IMG/VR virus record: IMGVR_UViG_3300050500_000527 | Reading direction: 5' to 3' (one strand) | DNA: 27,405 nt | From: a virus | Taxonomy: Duplodnaviria; Heunggongvirae; Uroviricota; Caudoviricetes | Part shown: positions 23,340 through 27,405 of the stretch, in pieces | Position numbering within the stretch: the stretch's first letter is position 1 | How the letters are laid out: each line of letters begins with the position of its first letter | The notes under the pieces: model-generated | What the model was told of the DNA's origin: nothing | Seen by the model: the letters and a program-made list of their open reading frames with translations, nothing else | The model's database searches: none | Made by a program: the position numbers and the translations under genes

Positions 23340-23882
23340 TTACCCAGCTTTTTCCGCTTCGGAAATGCGGAAATGTCTTGGCATGGGATAACGGTGTAGG
23401 GCGCCCAGGGCAGCGCACTCGCCCTCACCCGCACGCCGAGCCCCTTCCCTCGGGCCGTAGAGGAAAACGGCACGGTAGAGCCGCTCTAGGCGCTCCGGAG
23501 TCCACTTGCGGCGCGCGCTGAGCGGCCGGGAAGGCTTCCGCTCGCGGAGGTCGTCGTATAAGCCGCGGAAAGCGTAATTCTGAGCCATTGCCTTACAGGC
23601 TGAGGGTGTTCGGTAAGTGCCGACATAAAAAGCGGCACCCGTACAAGTTAAGCCCGCTTCCGCGGCTTCCTCGAGGCGAAGAAGTTCTTCGGCGCTCCAC
23701 GCCGTCCAAGGCCATCGCCGCGGCACCCAACCGGCCGCCAGCTTCTTCTCACGTTGCCGACGCCGATAATCCGCATTTTTGATTGTATCCGCAGCACGTT
23801 GGCAGGTAATACAACGCGGGCCGGAGAAGAACTTCATCGGCCCGCCGCATTCTGGGCAAGGTTTTGTAGAATAACCCTGCAT
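23340..23882 (-). CDS. Zn-finger protein with two GcrA/Myb-like HTH repeats
   Basis: ATG 23882 coupled to the helicase TAA; CPECGG...CITC; WSAEELLRL...GLT...A and WTPERLERL...G...A...G...AALGALHR resemble the GcrA N-terminal HTH. Confidence 0.65.
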   Translation of the reverse strand: MQGYSTKPCPECGGPMKFFSGPRCITCQRAADTIKNADYRRRQREKKLAAGWVPRRWPWTAWSAEELLRLEEAAEAGLTCTGAAFYVGTYRTPSACKAMAQNYAFRGLYDDLRERKPSRPLSARRKWTPERLERLYRAVFLYGPREGARRAGEGECAALGALHRYPMPRHFRISEAEKAG

Positions 23883-25072
23883 TATTGCACCAAGAGTAGC
23901 TTCTCCGAAGCACGGGTGATCGCGGTATACAGCCACCGCGCCGCATCACCGCGGGCAATTTCGGACTCATCCACGATATAAACGCGGGGCCACTCCGAAC
24001 CCTGCGCCTTATGCGCAGTGAGCGCATAGCCATAGGTAAATTCGTCCAAGCCGCCGCTGCCCCAACGCGGCGCGTCCTCATAGCGGAAAGGCTCGGAATA
24101 AGCGAGCGTTTCTACAGCCTCGCCCCCTTCCTCCGGGCGCACTTTCAGCTCGAGTGAGTTGATATCGCCGCTGCACTCCTCAACGGTCCAGAGCGTGCCA
24201 TTAAGCAGCCCCTTTTCCTTGTTATTGCGCAGGCACACGACGCGCTCCCCGGCGAGCGGATAGGTGCCTTCATAGCCCATCCGGCGCCGCATCGCCTGAT
24301 TGGCCGCCTGGCGCGTCTTATTCCGGCCGACCAGCACCTGATCATAATCCAGCGTCTCGCCGCCTTGCAGGGCCGCCTTCTTAATTACAGCACTCTCGCC
24401 ATACGTCCCCTGGGCCAGCTTCTTGCCCTCCCGGACCAACGTAGCCATGGCCAATACCGGATTGTCCAGGGCGTGACGATGAACTTCCGTAAGCATGACA
24501 TGCGGGCTCGGCGTATTGAAATAACCCAGGCCGTTTACAGGCGGCAGCTGCGCCGGATCGCCGAGCACGAGGATCGGCTTGCCGAAGCTCTTAAGGTCTT
24601 CGCCGAGCCGCGCGTCCACCATGGAGACTTCGTCCACCACAATCAGCTTAGCGTCGCGCGCGTCACTATAGGGGTTGAGCTCCCAGTCCGGCTTATTGGC
24701 GTTGCGCTTCGCCTGCAGCAGCGCCTTTTCACAAGTTTGGAGGGCTTTGGTGTCGATCTCCTCAGCCGCGAGCAGATTGGCCCGTTCTTCCTCGAGCTCT
24801 AGGATGCGCTTCTTGCTGGCCGCCTTGGCATTGTAGAGGAGGCTATGCAAGGTCTGGGCGCCGCTACAGCCCTTCTTCCGCATCACGGACGCTGCCTTCC
24901 CGGTAAAGGCACCGAAAATCACTCGACCCTCAACGGACTGGGTCAGCTCAATGGCGAGCGTCGTCTTCCCCGTGCCAGCATAACCGAATAAGCAGAACAC
25001 CTGCTCCTCGCCCGCCGCGAACCAATCCCGGAAGGCTATGAGGGCCGCGTCCTGTTGCGGTGACCATTTCAT
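23882..25072 (-). CDS. SF1B helicase, Dda/RecD2-like
   Basis: GYAGTGKTT, IVVDEVSMV, LGDPAQLPPV, LTEVHR, YALTAHKAQGSEW, LYTAITRA. Confidence 0.95.
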   Translation of the reverse strand: MKWSPQQDAALIAFRDWFAAGEEQVFCLFGYAGTGKTTLAIELTQSVEGRVIFGAFTGKAASVMRKKGCSGAQTLHSLLYNAKAASKKRILELEEERANLLAAEEIDTKALQTCEKALLQAKRNANKPDWELNPYSDARDAKLIVVDEVSMVDARLGEDLKSFGKPILVLGDPAQLPPVNGLGYFNTPSPHVMLTEVHRHALDNPVLAMATLVREGKKLAQGTYGESAVIKKAALQGGETLDYDQVLVGRNKTRQAANQAMRRRMGYEGTYPLAGERVVCLRNNKEKGLLNGTLWTVEECSGDINSLELKVRPEEGGEAVETLAYSEPFRYEDAPRWGSGGLDEFTYGYALTAHKAQGSEWPRVYIVDESEIARGDAARWLYTAITRASEKLLLVQ

Positions 25073-25257
25073 GGTTGCACTCCGAGGTTAAACAGCCAGT
25101 TGAGCAGCTCTCCGGCGCCATCCGGGAAGCGTCCGACCTTATTGATGAAGCTGAGAAAAGCGAAGAGCCACGCCACCCAAAATGCTATGAGCATAGCCAG
25201 AATGTAGGTTTGCCACCGGTCCAGCTGAGCGACGAGCGCGAGCAATTTGTCCTTCAC
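25069..25257 (-). CDS. Small single-TM protein
   Basis: GTG at 25257 overlaps the upstream TGA; YILAMLIAFWVAWLFAFLSFI hydrophobic helix. Confidence 0.6.
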   Translation of the reverse strand: MKDKLLALVAQLDRWQTYILAMLIAFWVAWLFAFLSFINKVGRFPDGAGELLNWLFNLGVQP

Positions 25258-25700
25258 TTCTTCCCCTCCTCCACTGGCACGCGGGCATAGGCACAATAAC
25301 CCCGCCAATGTAACTCGCGCTGATATTGGCCGTGGTTCATGGAGTTGTATGGGGTTCCCCAGCCGTATGCGATTTCCCAACCCTCGCCTTCTGGGCGAAA
25401 ATCCTCCATCTTCATATCTTTGCGCGGCGGAGTTTGCGTATCCTGCCCCGGATAGTGCAGCGACGCGACGGTACGTTCCGGAGTCAGACCGAAGCGCACC
25501 GCGACCTCCACCATCTGATCGCCCCACCGCCAAGCCATGCATTGTGAACCGAGGCACAACCGCGCAGCCGTATAGCCGGGCACCGTGGTAAAGTGGCCGC
25601 ACCCCTGAGGCCCACAACAGAATTTCTTCCTCGCTTCCTCTTCCGAATACTCCGGCACGCGGGTTACGCGGGGCCAAGCTGGCACAACGCACTTTGTCAT
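25254..25700 (-). CDS. Cys-containing phage hypothetical protein
   Basis: SEEEARKKFC...CLGSQCMAWRW...RGYCAY pattern recalled from alphaproteobacterial phages. Confidence 0.7.
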   Translation of the reverse strand: MTKCVVPAWPRVTRVPEYSEEEARKKFCCGPQGCGHFTTVPGYTAARLCLGSQCMAWRWGDQMVEVAVRFGLTPERTVASLHYPGQDTQTPPRKDMKMEDFRPEGEGWEIAYGWGTPYNSMNHGQYQRELHWRGYCAYARVPVEEGKK

Positions 25701-25874
25701 TTAATTGCTCCCTTGCTTAATCAGCTTCTCGTACAGGCCCCGCCAGTAACCAGCGGCAATAGAGAGCTCCGGCGCTGACACATAAAGGGCTGCAGTTTCC
25801 GCCTGCTGCTTCACCGCGGCGACAGCGTCAACCACTCCACGGAATTCTTCGTCGGTAAGGTCTATCGTCGGCAT
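25701..25874 (-). CDS. Hypothetical protein (57 aa)
   Basis: SD GGAGG 6 nt before ATG 25874 (MPTIDLTDEEF...). Confidence 0.65.
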   Translation of the reverse strand: MPTIDLTDEEFRGVVDAVAAVKQQAETAALYVSAPELSIAAGYWRGLYEKLIKQGSN

Positions 25875-25889
25875 TAGGGCCTCCAAATG

Positions 25890-25929
25890 AAAAACGCCGC
25901 CCGCTACGCAGGAAACGCAACGGGCGGCG
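25890..25929 (-). terminator. Intrinsic terminator after the SSB-like gene
   Basis: CGCCGCCCGTTGCG...CGTAGCGGGCGGCG stem followed by TTTTT. Confidence 0.8.
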
Positions 25930-25957
25930 CAGGCTGCTAAGGGCTGTAACCCCGAGC

Positions 25958-26812
25958 CTAGAACGGAATTTCCGCGTCGACGACTGCCCCACCCGCGGCT
26001 TCCGCGGCGCCGGGCGACGTATAATCCGGCTTGGCTACGCCATCCTTGCAGAGGCGATAGAACTCGGCCGCTTCCTGGAAGATCTCCGAAGTTGGGTCCA
26101 GCCGCGCTTCGATCGCGTTATCCCCGTCGAAGGCAATCTCCATAATGTAGAAGACGCCTTTGTCATTCTCCTGGCGGAGCGTGGTGATGCGAGCGCGGTG
26201 CGCCCAGAGCGGCGGCTTCTGGCCGTTGACCTTGATATTGGCCAGCCGGGTCATCCAGTGCTTGTACGCTTTGATCTTCGTCGAGGTGAACGGCAGAACC
26301 ATCGGCTGCCAGGTGCCGTCCGGCTTGATCAGCAAGCCGTAGACGTAGAAAGTCTCGATCAGGTCGTTGCCGTTCTGTTCGAGCTTGCCGAAATCATATT
26401 TCTTCTTGGCCGCTTCCACGACGGCCGAACCGACCTCGTGCTGGCCGACGTAACCACCGCCCCCGCCTTTTTCGTCGCGCTTCTTCCACTCAACGAAGAG
26501 GTGCTGACGGTGACAGGGAATGAAGGCCACGCCAGCGTGTTCCGCACCTTTGGACTTCTCAGCCTTCCACATCTCCTGACTAACGCTGTCCATCAGCATG
26601 CCGGGCCGGGCATTGTCGTCGAGCGTGGTAATGGGGGAGGTGGGCTGCAACACGTAGAGGAATGGAGTGGCGTAATCGTCACGCCCCATATCCTCGAAGC
26701 CTTCACCGGCATAGGCGCCATAATCATAGTTCATGGCGGGCAGGTTCGCGGCGTCTTCCACCACAGCAACGGCCTTACCGTCGCGAGCAGGGGACTTCTC
26801 GGCTTTTGCCAT
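25958..26812 (-). CDS. Putative single-stranded DNA-binding protein
   Basis: DYATPFLYVLQPTSP, FTSTKIK, acidic C-terminal DAEIPF tail typical of SSBs; replication context. Confidence 0.7.
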   Translation of the reverse strand: MAKAEKSPARDGKAVAVVEDAANLPAMNYDYGAYAGEGFEDMGRDDYATPFLYVLQPTSPITTLDDNARPGMLMDSVSQEMWKAEKSKGAEHAGVAFIPCHRQHLFVEWKKRDEKGGGGGYVGQHEVGSAVVEAAKKKYDFGKLEQNGNDLIETFYVYGLLIKPDGTWQPMVLPFTSTKIKAYKHWMTRLANIKVNGQKPPLWAHRARITTLRQENDKGVFYIMEIAFDGDNAIEARLDPTSEIFQEAAEFYRLCKDGVAKPDYTSPGAAEAAGGAVVDAEIPF

Positions 26813-26814
26813 CG

Positions 26815-27405
26815 TTACTCTTTCGGTTCTGTAATTGCTATTCTACGTTGACGATGTATTCCGAACAGTTTCATATCTTCTGTGGAGAGATTATCGCCCC
26901 TTTCCAAAGAATCACGCACCCATTTAGCCAGCGTCGAGTGATGAATATTCCGTTCGTCGCTGACTTCTACTTCCATCGCCGGACCAATTGCCCGCTCAAT
27001 GGCTTTAACAACTTTATCCGCTAATTTGCCCTGTTTTGTGTTAAACGGCACGGTAATCGTCCGTTTTACAAGGCTTCCATAGCCGCGCTTCTCCAGCTCC
27101 GCGCAACCCTTTTCGCGGTCCTCTTTCTTAAGCGTCGCATGGATTTTCTCGTCCAGCACCACTTTACGACCGCCCGTAAGACCGAAATACTCCATCTCAT
27201 TGGCGTCCATCACGTCGGGCATAAGCTTACAAGCGAGGTGCTCGGCCGCCGCGTGGGTCGCCTTGCTCAGCGCTTCCAACTTTTCCGAAAGCTCTTCGAA
27301 AGCGAGCTGGGCGCGCAACATCAGCCGCAATTTGCGCAACGAATCATTTTCGAGCGCCGCGAGCTCCTGATAGGCGTGCGCCTGAAGAAGCTCCAGGTTG
27401 AAAGG
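26815..27405 (-). CDS. Conserved phage protein adjacent to SSB (5'-truncated)
   Basis: Frame is open from the window end; LMPDVMD...G...LVKRTITVPF...IHHSTLAKWVRD. Confidence 0.7.
   Translation of the reverse strand, partial: PFNLELLQAHAYQELAALENDSLRKLRLMLRAQLAFEELSEKLEALSKATHAAAEHLACKLMPDVMDANEMEYFGLTGGRKVVLDEKIHATLKKEDREKGCAELEKRGYGSLVKRTITVPFNTKQGKLADKVVKAIERAIGPAMEVEVSDERNIHHSTLAKWVRDSLERGDNLSTEDMKLFGIHRQRRIAITEPKE

Noticed and set aside
25069-25692. 207-aa version of this ORF
   Set aside because: Its first two thirds overlap the better-supported 25254-25700 gene; only the coupled GTG start at 25257 is retained.
264-26851. Long plus-strand ORFs (e.g. 264-1133, 7591-8214, 13039-13791, 15243-16016, 18388-19512, 19617-20738, 26198-26851)
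   Set aside because: Antisense shadows of well-supported minus-strand genes in GC-rich DNA; no motifs recognised.
1-27405. Genome-wide stop codon reassignment (prompted by the UUA-loop tRNA and one in-frame TGA)
   Set aside because: TAA, TGA and TAG all terminate conserved genes at expected positions, and the long enzymes have no internal stops.
1-27405. CRISPR array, integrase, transposase, intron or intein
   Set aside because: No spaced direct repeats or recombinase motifs seen; PolA, NrdJ and the helicase are uninterrupted and of ordinary length.

Overview
A 27.4 kb segment of a tailed dsDNA phage genome. All credible genes lie on the minus strand and many are translationally coupled (ATGA/TAATG overlaps). 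The replication and modification gene set resembles YuA/M6/PaMx11-like phages. An Omp25/RopB-like porin, a YadA-anchor protein and GcrA-like HTH repeats suggest an alphaproteobacterial (Hyphomicrobiales-like) host (inference). In transcription order (right to left) the window holds: a replication block (SSB-like protein, Dda/RecD-like helicase, GcrA-like protein); a tRNA array (Cys, Glu, Phe, a Val-like tRNA with an aberrant UUA-centred loop, Ile, Asn, Lys, Gln) interleaved with three unexplained structured non-coding elements; a class II ribonucleotide reductase; a conserved two-gene module; a promoter/terminator-delimited sRNA candidate; an outer-membrane module; a J-domain protein; a Nudix hydrolase; and a ~10 kb thymidine hypermodification cluster ending in a family A DNA polymerase cut by the window edge. 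The cluster contains a dUMP hydroxymethylase, an aGPT-Pplase1/5-hmdU DNA kinase family protein, a P-loop kinase, an amino acid:DNA transferase and a flavin oxidoreductase. Two observations stand out. (1) The cluster has no acetyltransferase in this window but carries a COOH-NH2 amidoligase and an LMW phosphatase, suggesting an undescribed modified base. (2) A complete tRNA-Ile(GAU) gene is inserted inside the anticodon loop of a Val(UAC)-like tRNA gene. All family assignments come from motif recognition by eye; no database searches were run.
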